DNA from: an uncultured virus (IMG/VR IMGVR_UViG_3300025070_000011)
Lineage: Duplodnaviria; Heunggongvirae; Uroviricota; Caudoviricetes
Direction: 5' to 3' (one strand)
Virus record (IMG/VR): IMGVR_UViG_3300025070_000011
DNA length: 64,000 bases
How positions within the stretch are numbered: the first letter of the stretch is position 1; the number at the start of each line of letters is the position of its first letter. Positions 48,077-57,175 of the stretch are shown here, piece after piece. Position numbers and translations under genes: made by a program. The notes beneath the pieces were generated by a model that saw only the letters and a list, made by a program, of their open reading frames with translations, did no database searches and was not told where the DNA came from.

Positions 48077-48472
48077 ATGTTTCGATTGTTTCAGTTAGAC
48101 ATCCCCCGCGAAGAGTTCAACGCCGTCAATCGGTTGGGTTGGACCGAGGCGATGTCACAGTTTCCCCGCGTCGAGGCTCACATGGCATTGTCCACTGGTG
48201 GTTCCGATGCCTATGTGACCGAGTACGATCAGTACTTCAAACATGTTGCTGACATCGATGTGAATGACCCCGAAAAGGCATTCCTTGTTCACAACAATCC
48301 ACATGGTCGCACCGATCTTGAGTGGCTTGTTGTTCGATACGGACCCCAACATTCGATGTCAGTTGGTGACATTCTCGTTGGTGAGTATGGCGAAGTTCTC
48401 ATGGTAGACAATTCTGGTTTCACTCAGTTGATGTCTTCCTACGTTGGTGCTGATGTTGCGGAGGTTGCGTAA
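48077..48472 (+). CDS. putative early protein, YodL-like
   Basis: HSMSVGDILV...VD..GF motif. Confidence 0.65.
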   Translation: MFRLFQLDIPREEFNAVNRLGWTEAMSQFPRVEAHMALSTGGSDAYVTEYDQYFKHVADIDVNDPEKAFLVHNNPHGRTDLEWLVVRYGPQHSMSVGDILVGEYGEVLMVDNSGFTQLMSSYVGADVAEVA

Positions 48473-48627
48473 TGGCTCAAGAATCTGAGTGTGTGTTGTG
48501 TGGTGAGAAGTTCAATGAGTATGGCAACAATCCATACCCGTTGGCAGAAGAGGGTGAATGTTGCGACAGTTGCAACAATGATGTTATTTACGCTAGACTT
48601 GAGGAAATGATTCGTGACACTAAGTAA
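48472..48627 (+). CDS. small Cys-rich zinc-binding protein, not in ORF track
   Basis: MAQESECVLCGEKFNEYGNNPYPLAEEGECCDSCNNDVIYARLEEMIRDTK; GGAGG SD; TAATG coupling. Confidence 0.75.
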   Translation: MAQESECVLCGEKFNEYGNNPYPLAEEGECCDSCNNDVIYARLEEMIRDTK

Positions 48628-48760
48628 AGCAGGACGTATTATCAATGCCGAGGCTGAGTTCCTTGGCAAGACTTGGGATTGGGTGATGAATGCCATCGCC
48701 GCCAACCCAAACATGTTCCCCAATCGTGCTATTGAGGCACACAAGGTTTTGACATCATGA
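48614..48760 (+). CDS. small hypothetical protein, not in ORF track
   Basis: GTG start, MTLSKAGRIINAEAEFLGKTWDWVMNAIAANPNMFPNRAIEAHKVLTS; ATGA overlap with the next gene. Confidence 0.6.
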   Translation: MTLSKAGRIINAEAEFLGKTWDWVMNAIAANPNMFPNRAIEAHKVLTS

Positions 48761-48984
48761 AATTAGTATTCGCGTTGATCGTTCTGGTCAACAATTTACC
48801 CAACAACACCGATGGCATGTACTTTGTCAATGCCTCTGACTGTAACCAAATGGCTTTTGAGACCGAGACGGGTTATGCTGGTTCCGGCCCAGATGGTACT
48901 TCAAAGAGTTGGAAGTCCAATGGTGTAAATATTCGTGCGTATTGCGAACCACGAATGGTAGAGAAAAATGCGAGGGCATTTTAA
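48757..48984 (+). CDS. small exported/membrane hypothetical protein
   Basis: Hydrophobic N-terminus, C...AYC.P pattern. Confidence 0.65.
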   Translation: MKLVFALIVLVNNLPNNTDGMYFVNASDCNQMAFETETGYAGSGPDGTSKSWKSNGVNIRAYCEPRMVEKNARAF

Positions 48985-49274
48985 TGAAGTATTTTATTTG
49001 TGCATTTATGATGATGCCCACAGTGGTATTTGCCCTGTCGCCAAAGATTCCGGTGCCTGAACCCGATCCAATTGTGATTTATTATCCAGATGGAAGCACT
49101 TATACTCTACGAGAAGGCGAAAACATCTTTGTGTCTGACTCAAATGTTCTCTTTGAAATCCTTGAAGAAGACGAAGACTTGCATCTCAAATCCAATCAGG
49201 TTTGGATGTATAGAGACTTTGATATGCATGTTGAAGAATGGATTCCAGAGCCCATATGGACTACAGGTGAATGA
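48984..49274 (+). CDS. hypothetical exported protein
   Basis: MKYFICAF...VFA signal peptide; TAATG coupling. Confidence 0.65.
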   Translation: MKYFICAFMMMPTVVFALSPKIPVPEPDPIVIYYPDGSTYTLREGENIFVSDSNVLFEILEEDEDLHLKSNQVWMYRDFDMHVEEWIPEPIWTTGE

Positions 49275-49468
49275 TGTCGCGTAGATACTTCAAAGAAATT
49301 ACCAAGTGGGATAAGTGTGATTATTCCGTCAAGAACCACACATATATATTTGAAGACTCAAAGTGTGTGGGATACATTAAGACTGGCACCAAAGAAGAAA
49401 TTATATTTTCAAAATTCTCCCGCCAGTTCACGCGGAGTTATAGAAAATTTGTCGAGATTTACCCTTGA
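49271..49468 (+). CDS. hypothetical protein
   Basis: KEIT.W......NHTY...GYIK...F..SYRKF pattern. Confidence 0.65.
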   Translation: MMSRRYFKEITKWDKCDYSVKNHTYIFEDSKCVGYIKTGTKEEIIFSKFSRQFTRSYRKFVEIYP

Positions 49469-49493
49469 CATTTTCTATCGTATTTGGTACTAT
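49465..49493 (+). promoter_or_regulatory. sigma70-type promoter
   Basis: TTGACA-N17-TACTAT. Confidence 0.7.
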
Positions 49494-49513
49494 AAGTACT
49501 GATAGGAGAAACT

Positions 49514-49732
49514 ATGTCGCCATCTAGAGAACATTTGCAAAAAATTGCAGAGTTTATTAAGACCCTTCCCCCAGAACAGGTGGAAGTGGCACAAAACATA
49601 TACGAAACGTACAGTTTTGTATCAAGACTGTTGGACCCAGAAGGGTTTGGTCTAGCAGTGTCCGCCGAAGTTAGGGATGAAGCAAGAAAGTGTCTTGGTA
49701 TGCCAAAGGTAGAAACCAAGTTTTACCAATGA
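49514..49732 (+). CDS. hypothetical protein
   Basis: AGGAG SD; LLDPE..G.AV..EVRD.AR..LG motif. Confidence 0.7.
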   Translation: MSPSREHLQKIAEFIKTLPPEQVEVAQNIYETYSFVSRLLDPEGFGLAVSAEVRDEARKCLGMPKVETKFYQ

Positions 49733-49737
49733 ATTTA

Positions 49738-49814
<77 letters not shown>

Positions 49815-49830
49815 ACATGAAAGGATAGTA

Positions 49831-50127
49831 ATGCCAACATACAAGTTTCATAATAAGAATACTGGAGATATGTGGGAAGACTTTATGGGTATATCCGCTG
49901 CGGATGAATACCTAAAAGAAAATCCTCATATTGAACGGATGGTTGCCGGTGCCCCAGGCTTAGTTGCTGGGCGCGGTGACCGCACCAAACCAGATGGAGG
50001 ATTCAAGGAAGTCCTCTCAAAAATCGCAGAGTCTAATCCGACATCGGCTCTTGCAAATGATTATGGTAGAAAGGACGCCAAGTCGGTTGCAGTACGAAAT
50101 ATTACACAGAAATACCAACCAAAATGA
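49831..50127 (+). CDS. hypothetical protein (FmdB-like N-terminus)
   Basis: MPTY.F....TG..WE..M......YL..NP and GF..VL.KI patterns. Confidence 0.75.
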   Translation: MPTYKFHNKNTGDMWEDFMGISAADEYLKENPHIERMVAGAPGLVAGRGDRTKPDGGFKEVLSKIAESNPTSALANDYGRKDAKSVAVRNITQKYQPK

Positions 50128-50137
50128 TATTTCTGTG

Positions 50138-50145
50138 TATAAATA
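50138..50145 (+). promoter_or_regulatory. late promoter TATAAATA
   Basis: Exact motif, intergenic. Confidence 0.65.
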
Positions 50146-50182
50146 ATTTTTGAACCCTGTGTTATTATTAGAGGAATTAAAT

Positions 50183-51079
50183 ATGAATAGGTTCATTACA
50201 GTCGCAACGCTTAGTCTAATGGTTGCGTTTAACGTGGGGTGTGCTTCTGCCTCAGGAAGTGATTACTACGAAGCAATTCGCAAGACCGCAGAAGCTCAGG
50301 CTCTTGCATCCGAAGCGAAGTATCGTGCTCTTGCACAAGTCGCCGCAAGTGGTGATGGTCAGGCTGCATCCGCAGCTGTTATGGCTATCGCACTTTCTCA
50401 AGACAAAACTGTGACCCCGCAGTACGTTGAGTCTACCGCTCTGAAATGGGCGCAAGTTCTCACACCTACTGTTGGTACTCTCGGTCTTGGTTTGATTCAG
50501 GCCGGTGTTTCCAAAAATGCGTCTGACAACGCCTCCAAAGTCCAGATGGCAAGTATGGCTAGTAATGAAGCCATTCAACTTGGTCAACAGGGTATGGTCG
50601 GTGATTTGGTCGGTGATCTGAGTACTGGTTGGTCTACTAGTGCAGCTGCTGGTGGTGCCGCTACTGCTGAGATTGCAATTGCAGGATTCACTGCATTGAA
50701 TACTGCGGGTGGCCAAACTGTTTCGTTGGGTGTTGCCGGTCTTGATGCTACGGAAAATGTCGCTACGGTTGGTATGAACAATATCACCCAGTTGGGTCAG
50801 GATGGTCTGACCACCGCCTCAACAATCGCCAATTTTGGCATGACAGGTATGCAAACGTTGGGTGTTGCCGGTATGGAGGGCATTGCAGATGTTTCCAATA
50901 CTGGTATGACAAACCTTACCACTCTTGGTGTAACGGGAATGGCTTTGGTTGACAGTCAAGGAAATAACTACGCTGATATCATTACTGATATGCAGAGTAG
51001 TATCGATTCCGCTATTGGTGAGTTGGCTACTCCAATCACTTGTAGTCCTGATGCAAATGGTGCGATGGTCTGTCAGTAA
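50183..51079 (+). CDS. G/A/T-rich lipoprotein
   Basis: GAGG SD, signal peptide with NVGC lipobox, repeated G..G helical motifs. Confidence 0.7.
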   Translation: MNRFITVATLSLMVAFNVGCASASGSDYYEAIRKTAEAQALASEAKYRALAQVAASGDGQAASAAVMAIALSQDKTVTPQYVESTALKWAQVLTPTVGTLGLGLIQAGVSKNASDNASKVQMASMASNEAIQLGQQGMVGDLVGDLSTGWSTSAAAGGAATAEIAIAGFTALNTAGGQTVSLGVAGLDATENVATVGMNNITQLGQDGLTTASTIANFGMTGMQTLGVAGMEGIADVSNTGMTNLTTLGVTGMALVDSQGNNYADIITDMQSSIDSAIGELATPITCSPDANGAMVCQ

Positions 51080-51102
51080 TTACATCTAAAAGTGTGATAA
51101 AT

Positions 51103-51126
51103 AAGGGGGGTAACACCCCCTTTTTT
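51103..51126 (+). terminator. intrinsic terminator
   Basis: AAGGGGG-GTAACA-CCCCCTT hairpin followed by a T-run. Confidence 0.75.
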
Positions 51127-51154
51127 ATTGTGCCGACATATCATGGAGTAAATT

Positions 51155-51622
51155 ATGGCAAAAGAAGACAGTTTTGCAGGACACTATGCGTCCCTGTTTG
51201 ACCCAAAAGAACTCAAACTTCTAGAAGATAAAGCTCAGAAGGAATTTCTCAAAGGTCAGGAATTATTTGAAACAAATATTGAAGAAGAAGAGGTCAAGGC
51301 CTTGTCCGAGGCATTGGCTATTGACTACGCTGAAAAGTGGAAAGTCTATGCCCGCATGAAGGTTGCAGAAAGAAACTTTGAGCGGTCAGAGAATATTAGG
51401 GCAAGCCTTACTCAGAAGTTGATCCATGCAAATGCAAATCTTGAAGTTACACTCAAGACGTTGGAAGAAAAGAAGGTTGCAGTTGCATATGAATTGAGGG
51501 AGAAAGAGAAGGCCAAGACACTGGTAAGGGAACTGCGTGCCGAACTCAAGTCGCTGAAAAAACCTAAAGAGGTTTCAAAGCGTTCGGCCCCCGAAAAAAA
51601 GTCCGCGGCCAAAAACGCCTGA
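51155..51622 (+). CDS. coiled-coil hypothetical protein
   Basis: GGAG SD; E/K-rich helical sequence. Confidence 0.7.
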   Translation: MAKEDSFAGHYASLFDPKELKLLEDKAQKEFLKGQELFETNIEEEEVKALSEALAIDYAEKWKVYARMKVAERNFERSENIRASLTQKLIHANANLEVTLKTLEEKKVAVAYELREKEKAKTLVRELRAELKSLKKPKEVSKRSAPEKKSAAKNA

Positions 51623-51631
51623 GAGGTTTTT

Positions 51632-51639
51632 TATAAATA
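51632..51639 (+). promoter_or_regulatory. late promoter TATAAATA
   Basis: Exact motif ending 5 nt before ATG 51645. Confidence 0.7.
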
Positions 51640-51644
51640 ATGGT

Positions 51645-52904
51645 ATGTATAGTTTTTCATCATATTTAAAAGAAGATGCCCAAGGCAAGAATCTTCATCT
51701 AGAACACCTAGAAGACGAAATCATTAATTTCGGAATAGGTGGGGCTAGAGGCGCAATTAACTTTTTACAGTCGTTGCGTGATATGCTTTCTGGTAGTTCT
51801 CGTTCATCTGTTCACATGACTGTGAAATGGGATGGTGCGCCTGCGATATTCGCCGGCGTCGATCCTTCTGATGGAAAGTTCTTTGTCGCAAAGAAATCGG
51901 TATTCAATAAAACACCGTTACTATACAAGACACGACAAGAAATTCAGTCTGACCCCAAACTTCCACAGGCACTCAAACCCACCTTTATTACTGCGCTTGA
52001 TGAATTCAGTAAATTGGGTATAAAGGGTGTCTTACAGGGTGATCTGATGTTTACTGGTAGCAGTCTAGAAACAGATACGATTGATGGCCAGCGATACACC
52101 ACTTTTCAACCTAACACAATCGTCTACGCAATTCCAAGTGGGTCTGAGTTGGATCGACAGATTCGTGCCGCGAAGATCGGCGTTGTGTGGCATACCACAT
52201 ATTCTGGTAACAGTCTACAAAATATGAGAGCGTCATTCGGTGCCAACATATCTGGATTGAAAAAAAGCAGAAGTGTGTGGATGGATGATGCCTCTTATAG
52301 AGACGAAAGTGGTACTGCTACATTTACTAAATCAGAGACCGCATCTATAACTGCGAAACTTGCTGCGGCAGGTAGACTATTTCAAAACATTGACGCGGGA
52401 CAACTAAAGACTTTTCTCCGCTTGCAATCTGCAATGGAGGGTTCTAGTCACACCGCTGGTGCTACACTCAAGACCTACAACAACTCAAAGGTTCGGGTCG
52501 GGAAAAAGGTTACCAATGTCCGACAACATGTGTCTGGATATGAAAAGTGGGTAGAAGAAAAATTCGATGCCGCAATCAACAAATTAAAAACGCCGGCGTC
52601 CAAAGATAAACTCGAAAAGAAAAAGAAAGAGACTATAAGAGAACTCAAAAAGTATGACAATCTGCTTATTAACGTGGTTGGTTTTCAAAACGAACTTGTC
52701 GAAGCAAAAATGCAGATCGTCACAAAACTAAACGGCATCAAACAGCTGATGAATACCTTTGTTCGCACCAAACAGGGATTCAAAGTAACTGCACCGGAAG
52801 GATATGTTGCGATTGACAGGGTTGGTGGCAACGCGGTGAAGTTGGTAGACCGCATGGAATTTAGTTACAACAACTTCACTGCGATAAAAAGTTGGGACAG
52901 ATGA
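51645..52904 (+). CDS. DUF6267-like protein, ATP-dependent ligase/nucleotidyltransferase-like
   Basis: HLEHLED, TVKWDG (KxDG), QGDLMF, EGYV, VKLVDR motifs resembling ligase motifs I, III, IV, V. Confidence 0.65.
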   Translation: MYSFSSYLKEDAQGKNLHLEHLEDEIINFGIGGARGAINFLQSLRDMLSGSSRSSVHMTVKWDGAPAIFAGVDPSDGKFFVAKKSVFNKTPLLYKTRQEIQSDPKLPQALKPTFITALDEFSKLGIKGVLQGDLMFTGSSLETDTIDGQRYTTFQPNTIVYAIPSGSELDRQIRAAKIGVVWHTTYSGNSLQNMRASFGANISGLKKSRSVWMDDASYRDESGTATFTKSETASITAKLAAAGRLFQNIDAGQLKTFLRLQSAMEGSSHTAGATLKTYNNSKVRVGKKVTNVRQHVSGYEKWVEEKFDAAINKLKTPASKDKLEKKKKETIRELKKYDNLLINVVGFQNELVEAKMQIVTKLNGIKQLMNTFVRTKQGFKVTAPEGYVAIDRVGGNAVKLVDRMEFSYNNFTAIKSWDR

Positions 52905-53551
52905 GACTAAGAGAAGAAAAAGAAAAACATATGGTCTTTGCTTTCGGTAGGATGAATCCACCCACTGCCGGTCACAGTAAACTAGTGGATAAGGTTCACT
53001 CCCATGCAAAGTCTATTGGGGCTGACCACAGAGTTATCGTGAGCCACTCTCAAGATAAACACAAGAACCCTCTGACATCTGCACAGAAGACTCGTTATCT
53101 AAAGCACGTTCATCCGCATGGGAAGTTTGAGGCATCCTCTAACTCGCAACCACATGTTTTTGCACACCTTGCAAAGATGCACAAAGAGGGACACACTCAC
53201 GTTACTATGGTTGCCGGTTCTGACCGTGTACATGAATTTCACAAACTGATAAACAAGTACAACGGCAAGAAAGGTAGTCATGGATATTACAAATTCAAGA
53301 GTCTCAAAGTAGTCTCTGCTGGGGCCCGTGATCCAGACGCAACGGGTGTCGCCGGTATCAGTGGAACAAAGATGCGATCACACGCATCCAATAACGATTA
53401 TAAATCCTTTAAGTCTGGTTTACATAAAAACACCTCACATGGCGAGGCAAAAAAACTATTCCATGCTACAAGAAAGGGAATGGGTCTCAAAGAGGGTCAA
53501 ACTAGATTATCATTTGGAGCATTTTTAAATGAACAGAGAAGCAGTATTTGA
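52901..53551 (+). CDS. cytidylyltransferase-like nucleotidyltransferase
   Basis: FGRMNPPTAGH, KNPL, V.GSDR, SAG.RDPD, SGTKMR motifs; ATGA-coupled. Confidence 0.85.
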   Translation: MRLREEKEKHMVFAFGRMNPPTAGHSKLVDKVHSHAKSIGADHRVIVSHSQDKHKNPLTSAQKTRYLKHVHPHGKFEASSNSQPHVFAHLAKMHKEGHTHVTMVAGSDRVHEFHKLINKYNGKKGSHGYYKFKSLKVVSAGARDPDATGVAGISGTKMRSHASNNDYKSFKSGLHKNTSHGEAKKLFHATRKGMGLKEGQTRLSFGAFLNEQRSSI

Positions 53552-53972
53552 ACAACTAAAGATTGACGAGGGAGTAGAATACGAAATCTACCTCGACCAT
53601 CTTGGATATCCTACCGTGGGTGTCGGCCACCTCATTTTAGAAGAAGATTACGAGTACGGAAAGGAAGTCGGTACTATGATTTCTGTTGAGAGATGTGAAG
53701 AGTTATTCTCACGCGATCTCGACACCTCTATCAGCGAATGTACTGCTTTGTATGGAGATGGATTTGGAGATTTTCCCGACGAGGTTCAACAGATATTGGT
53801 CAACATGATGTTCAATATGGGTAGAACCAGATTGTCCAAATTCAAAAACTTTAATGCTGCTATTGCTGAAGGAGATTGGAAAACTGCCGCAGTAGAGGGA
53901 AGAGATTCACTCTGGCATCGTCAGGTTACGAATAGGGCAGAAAGATTGATGGTGAGGATGGAAGAAGTATGA
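53529..53972 (+). CDS. lysozyme (T4 e / GH24-like)
   Basis: LKIDEG...YLD.LG.PT.G.GH catalytic region, NM.FN.G, DS.W..QV..RA. Confidence 0.9.
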   Translation: MNREAVFEQLKIDEGVEYEIYLDHLGYPTVGVGHLILEEDYEYGKEVGTMISVERCEELFSRDLDTSISECTALYGDGFGDFPDEVQQILVNMMFNMGRTRLSKFKNFNAAIAEGDWKTAAVEGRDSLWHRQVTNRAERLMVRMEEV

Positions 53973-54340
53973 GAGCCTTTTTAATTGGTGTTGTATTTTT
54001 GTCTATGGTAGGATGTTCTCAACTCACAGGATTTCTCCCCGACAAGTTTGACAGTACAGAATATGGTACATTGGTAGAACTCGCAATCGTATCAGAAAAC
54101 ACAAAAGACTGTGACCGAGATGTGATGGAGTTTGCATGGGCAAAGAGTGCCTTCTTGCAAAAATATTCAGAACACACGATGAATGACAACAATGCGGCGA
54201 TCTATACTCAAATCCATGATCTAGTGAACGAACTGAAAATTAGACAGGAACCATCGCTTGGTTACTGTAGAATCAAGTGGGGAAACATTTCCTCTATTGT
54301 AGAAGAAGCATTAGTCATATCTGGGAGTAGAATGAAATGA
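53969..54340 (+). CDS. lipoprotein of unknown function
   Basis: Signal peptide with MVGC lipobox; ATGA-coupled to the lysozyme gene. Confidence 0.7.
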   Translation: MRAFLIGVVFLSMVGCSQLTGFLPDKFDSTEYGTLVELAIVSENTKDCDRDVMEFAWAKSAFLQKYSEHTMNDNNAAIYTQIHDLVNELKIRQEPSLGYCRIKWGNISSIVEEALVISGSRMK

Positions 54341-54552
54341 CAGAAGAACAACTCATAAAAAAATATTCCCAGAAAGTCCGTGAATTGAACGAACTCCTAG
54401 ATACTGGAATGATATCTCAGGCAGAGTATGAAGAACTGGTGCAGGATTTTACTGATATCGAAACTATTCGTGATGACATTAAAGAAGAGGACATGAAAAT
54501 TAAGGCGGCTAAAATCATAGACGCCATCTCCCATTTGATTAAAATATTATAA
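54337..54552 (+). CDS. small helical protein (SHOCT-like)
   Basis: L.ELLD.G.IS..EY motif. Confidence 0.65.
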   Translation: MTEEQLIKKYSQKVRELNELLDTGMISQAEYEELVQDFTDIETIRDDIKEEDMKIKAAKIIDAISHLIKIL

Positions 54553-54555
54553 ATA
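54548..54555 (+). promoter_or_regulatory. late promoter TATAAATA
   Basis: Exact motif before 54561. Confidence 0.7.
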
Positions 54556-54560
54556 GTCTT

Positions 54561-56897
54561 ATGGAAAAATCATTCAAAGACTTTGTACCACTTGAGGAGG
54601 GCGTAAACGATCCCGCCATCTTCAAAGCGGTATTTTTAGCAGGTGGGCCAGGCAGCGGAAAATCTTTCGTTGTCGGTAAATCCGCACTGACCTCGTTTGG
54701 TCTAAAATTAGTAAACTCTGATACCGCATTTGAGGCTGCACTGAAGAAGGCAGGTCTTACAAAAACACCAGGCGATATTTTCTCCACGAAAGGTCAGTCT
54801 TTGCGTGATCGTGCCACGTTAATAACCAAGAAGAAACAAGAGGGTTACTTAAATGGTAGACTCGGTTTGGTTATCGATGGTACTGGAAAAGATTTTGAGA
54901 AAATCAGACAACAAAAAATAGAGTTAGAAAAGTTGGGATATGAGACTGCAATGATTCTCGTAAACACTGACTTGGACACTGCTGTTGCCAGAGATAAGAA
55001 ACGCGACAGAACTTTGGGTAAGACAAAAGTCGAACCAATGTGGAGATCGGTTCAAAACAACATTGGTAAATTCCAAAACCTATTTGGTAATCAGTTTATC
55101 GTTGTTGATAACACAGATGGTGCCAACTACGAAGGTGGTATCATGTCTGCTTTCAGAAAGATCGGTCAGTGGACAAGACAAACTCCAAACAACCACCTTG
55201 CTCAAAGATGGATTCGCGACCAGAAACAACGGAGAGGTATGAAAGAAGAAAAAGAATTTAAACCTCACTATATGTTCAAGGATGGCAAAAAGGTTTTTGC
55301 GAAAAAAGAAAAAGATCATATAAAACTCATGAAACAGGGTTGGTCTCATGATGACCCCTCTACAAAAGAAATAGAAGAAGATTTACGCAAGTGGTTTGGC
55401 AAGGGGCCAAAAGGTGATTGGGTCCGTGTAGGTACAGACGGAAAGATCAAAGGTGACTGTGCTAGAGAGCCTGGAGAAGGCAAACCCAAGTGTATGCCCA
55501 GATCAAAGGCTCACAGCATGTCCAAAGATGACAGGGCAACATCTGCTAGAAGAAAAAGAAGGAAAGACCCAGTTGCAGATCGTAGTGGTAAGGGCGGCAA
55601 ACCAGTTATGGTAAAGACCGATGTCAAAGAGGCATCAATGTCAGCACAAGATCGTTTTGCAAAAAGACTTAAAGACAAACATGGTATGGACTTGGAAGCC
55701 AAGTTGAAGTACTATGAGGACATGAAGAAAAAATTTCAACAGACATCAGCGAAAACAGTAAAATCAGAAGAGAAGATTGATGAAAAGTGTTGGAATGGAT
55801 ATAAAGAGAAAGGTCTGAAAAAGAAAGGCAATAGGGTTGTTCCGAATTGCGTCCCAGTATCAGAGACTCCGCAGTGGATGCAACCCGCACTGGCAAAGAC
55901 TGTCTATAAAACTCAGTACAAACACGCACACAAACTTCTGAAACAAATTGTAGACCGCAAGAAGAAAGAGGGTGGTGGCAAACTCCGACATGGTGTTGAG
56001 TACTATGCCGCAAAGGTTGCAGGACAGGTTTCGGATAAGGTTGATCCCAGAACTCTTGCTGGTATGTATGAAGATGTGCAGATTAGTAAGTACGAGTGGG
56101 GTAGACCAGAAGGAACTGCGTATTTGAAGGCAGTAACACCTGGCGAGCCAGGAGAAACCACAAAGAAAAACAAGACTACTAATAAGTACCACTACAAGGC
56201 AAAGGTACAAGAGAACTGCGGTTGCGGTCAAGACCCCTGCATCACATACGGTAAGCAAGCAGTGAAAGAACACTGTGGTTGTGAAGAAGATGCCGATTAT
56301 GATGTTTTGGAAATGGACCACCATGTATTCAGTGAGAGAGAAATCGAAGAGATGGAAACTCAGATTGATGGCATGAATTTCGATGACCTAATTGATCTTG
56401 GAATGTATGACGAAGAAGAAGTTGAAGAATTAGATGCTGCGGCAGAGGAAGATGAGGATATTCACGATAACATTGATATCCTTGAAAATCTGTCAATTCA
56501 AGGTAGAATGAAACGTCGATTCAACGCTCGTCGTAACAAACAAAAACTGAAGGTTGCTCGTATGAGGGCATCCAGAAGAGCCGCCGACCCCGCAAGAATT
56601 AAGAGAAGGGCATCTCGCGGTGCAAGAAACATGATTAAAGGTCGCATTGCGAGAGGTAGAGATATCAAGTCTTTGCCACCCGCAGAGAAGGCAAGAATTG
56701 AAGCGATGGCCAAACGTTTTGGTGGTCTGGTTTCTAGACTCGCACAGAGAATGGTCCCGATAATCAGAAAGAACGAACTGAAGAGACTTACTTCAAGAAG
56801 AAGTAAACCACAGAAGGCTAAGAAATATAATCCAGCACAGGCGAAGTCACAGGCGTCTAAACAGAAGGCTAAGAAGTTTAAGGTGAAGAAGAAATGA
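54561..56897 (+). CDS. modular protein: N-terminal P-loop kinase (zeta/AAA_33-like) plus many small basic modules
   Basis: LAGGPGSGKS, NSD..FE, LVIDGTG, A..R...R.R kinase motifs; downstream modules bounded by hydrophobic-X-E. Confidence 0.8.
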   Translation: MEKSFKDFVPLEEGVNDPAIFKAVFLAGGPGSGKSFVVGKSALTSFGLKLVNSDTAFEAALKKAGLTKTPGDIFSTKGQSLRDRATLITKKKQEGYLNGRLGLVIDGTGKDFEKIRQQKIELEKLGYETAMILVNTDLDTAVARDKKRDRTLGKTKVEPMWRSVQNNIGKFQNLFGNQFIVVDNTDGANYEGGIMSAFRKIGQWTRQTPNNHLAQRWIRDQKQRRGMKEEKEFKPHYMFKDGKKVFAKKEKDHIKLMKQGWSHDDPSTKEIEEDLRKWFGKGPKGDWVRVGTDGKIKGDCAREPGEGKPKCMPRSKAHSMSKDDRATSARRKRRKDPVADRSGKGGKPVMVKTDVKEASMSAQDRFAKRLKDKHGMDLEAKLKYYEDMKKKFQQTSAKTVKSEEKIDEKCWNGYKEKGLKKKGNRVVPNCVPVSETPQWMQPALAKTVYKTQYKHAHKLLKQIVDRKKKEGGGKLRHGVEYYAAKVAGQVSDKVDPRTLAGMYEDVQISKYEWGRPEGTAYLKAVTPGEPGETTKKNKTTNKYHYKAKVQENCGCGQDPCITYGKQAVKEHCGCEEDADYDVLEMDHHVFSEREIEEMETQIDGMNFDDLIDLGMYDEEEVEELDAAAEEDEDIHDNIDILENLSIQGRMKRRFNARRNKQKLKVARMRASRRAADPARIKRRASRGARNMIKGRIARGRDIKSLPPAEKARIEAMAKRFGGLVSRLAQRMVPIIRKNELKRLTSRRSKPQKAKKYNPAQAKSQASKQKAKKFKVKKK

Positions 56898-57160
56898 AGA
56901 CTTTTTTGGAGTTTGTCACAGAAGAAGGTATTAAGTCTGGACACAAACGGCCCACTGATAAAGGTGCTGGTCTGACACAGAAGGGCGTAGATGCAGAGAA
57001 CCGCAGAACCGGCGGCAATCTACAGACTGCTGTTACTACGCCTCCTAGTAAACTAAAGAAAGGTAGCAAAGCGGCTAATAGAAGAAAATCCTTCTGTGCC
57101 CGATCACGCGGTTGGACGGGTGAAAGAGGTAAGGCTGCAAGAAGAAGATGGAACTGCTAA
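56894..57160 (+). CDS. small basic protein (DUF6321-like) with capsid-targeting-like N-terminus
   Basis: MKTFLEFVTEE; GLTQKG...RRKSFCAR...ARRRWNC. Confidence 0.75.
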   Translation: MKTFLEFVTEEGIKSGHKRPTDKGAGLTQKGVDAENRRTGGNLQTAVTTPPSKLKKGSKAANRRKSFCARSRGWTGERGKAARRRWNC

Positions 57161-57175
57161 GAGTTTAATTTCGTT

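Noticed and set aside
54561..55250. Zeta toxin-antitoxin module
   Set aside because: The kinase is fused to unrelated modules under a late promoter; no recognisable epsilon antitoxin; the upstream small ORF is coupled to the lysozyme unit
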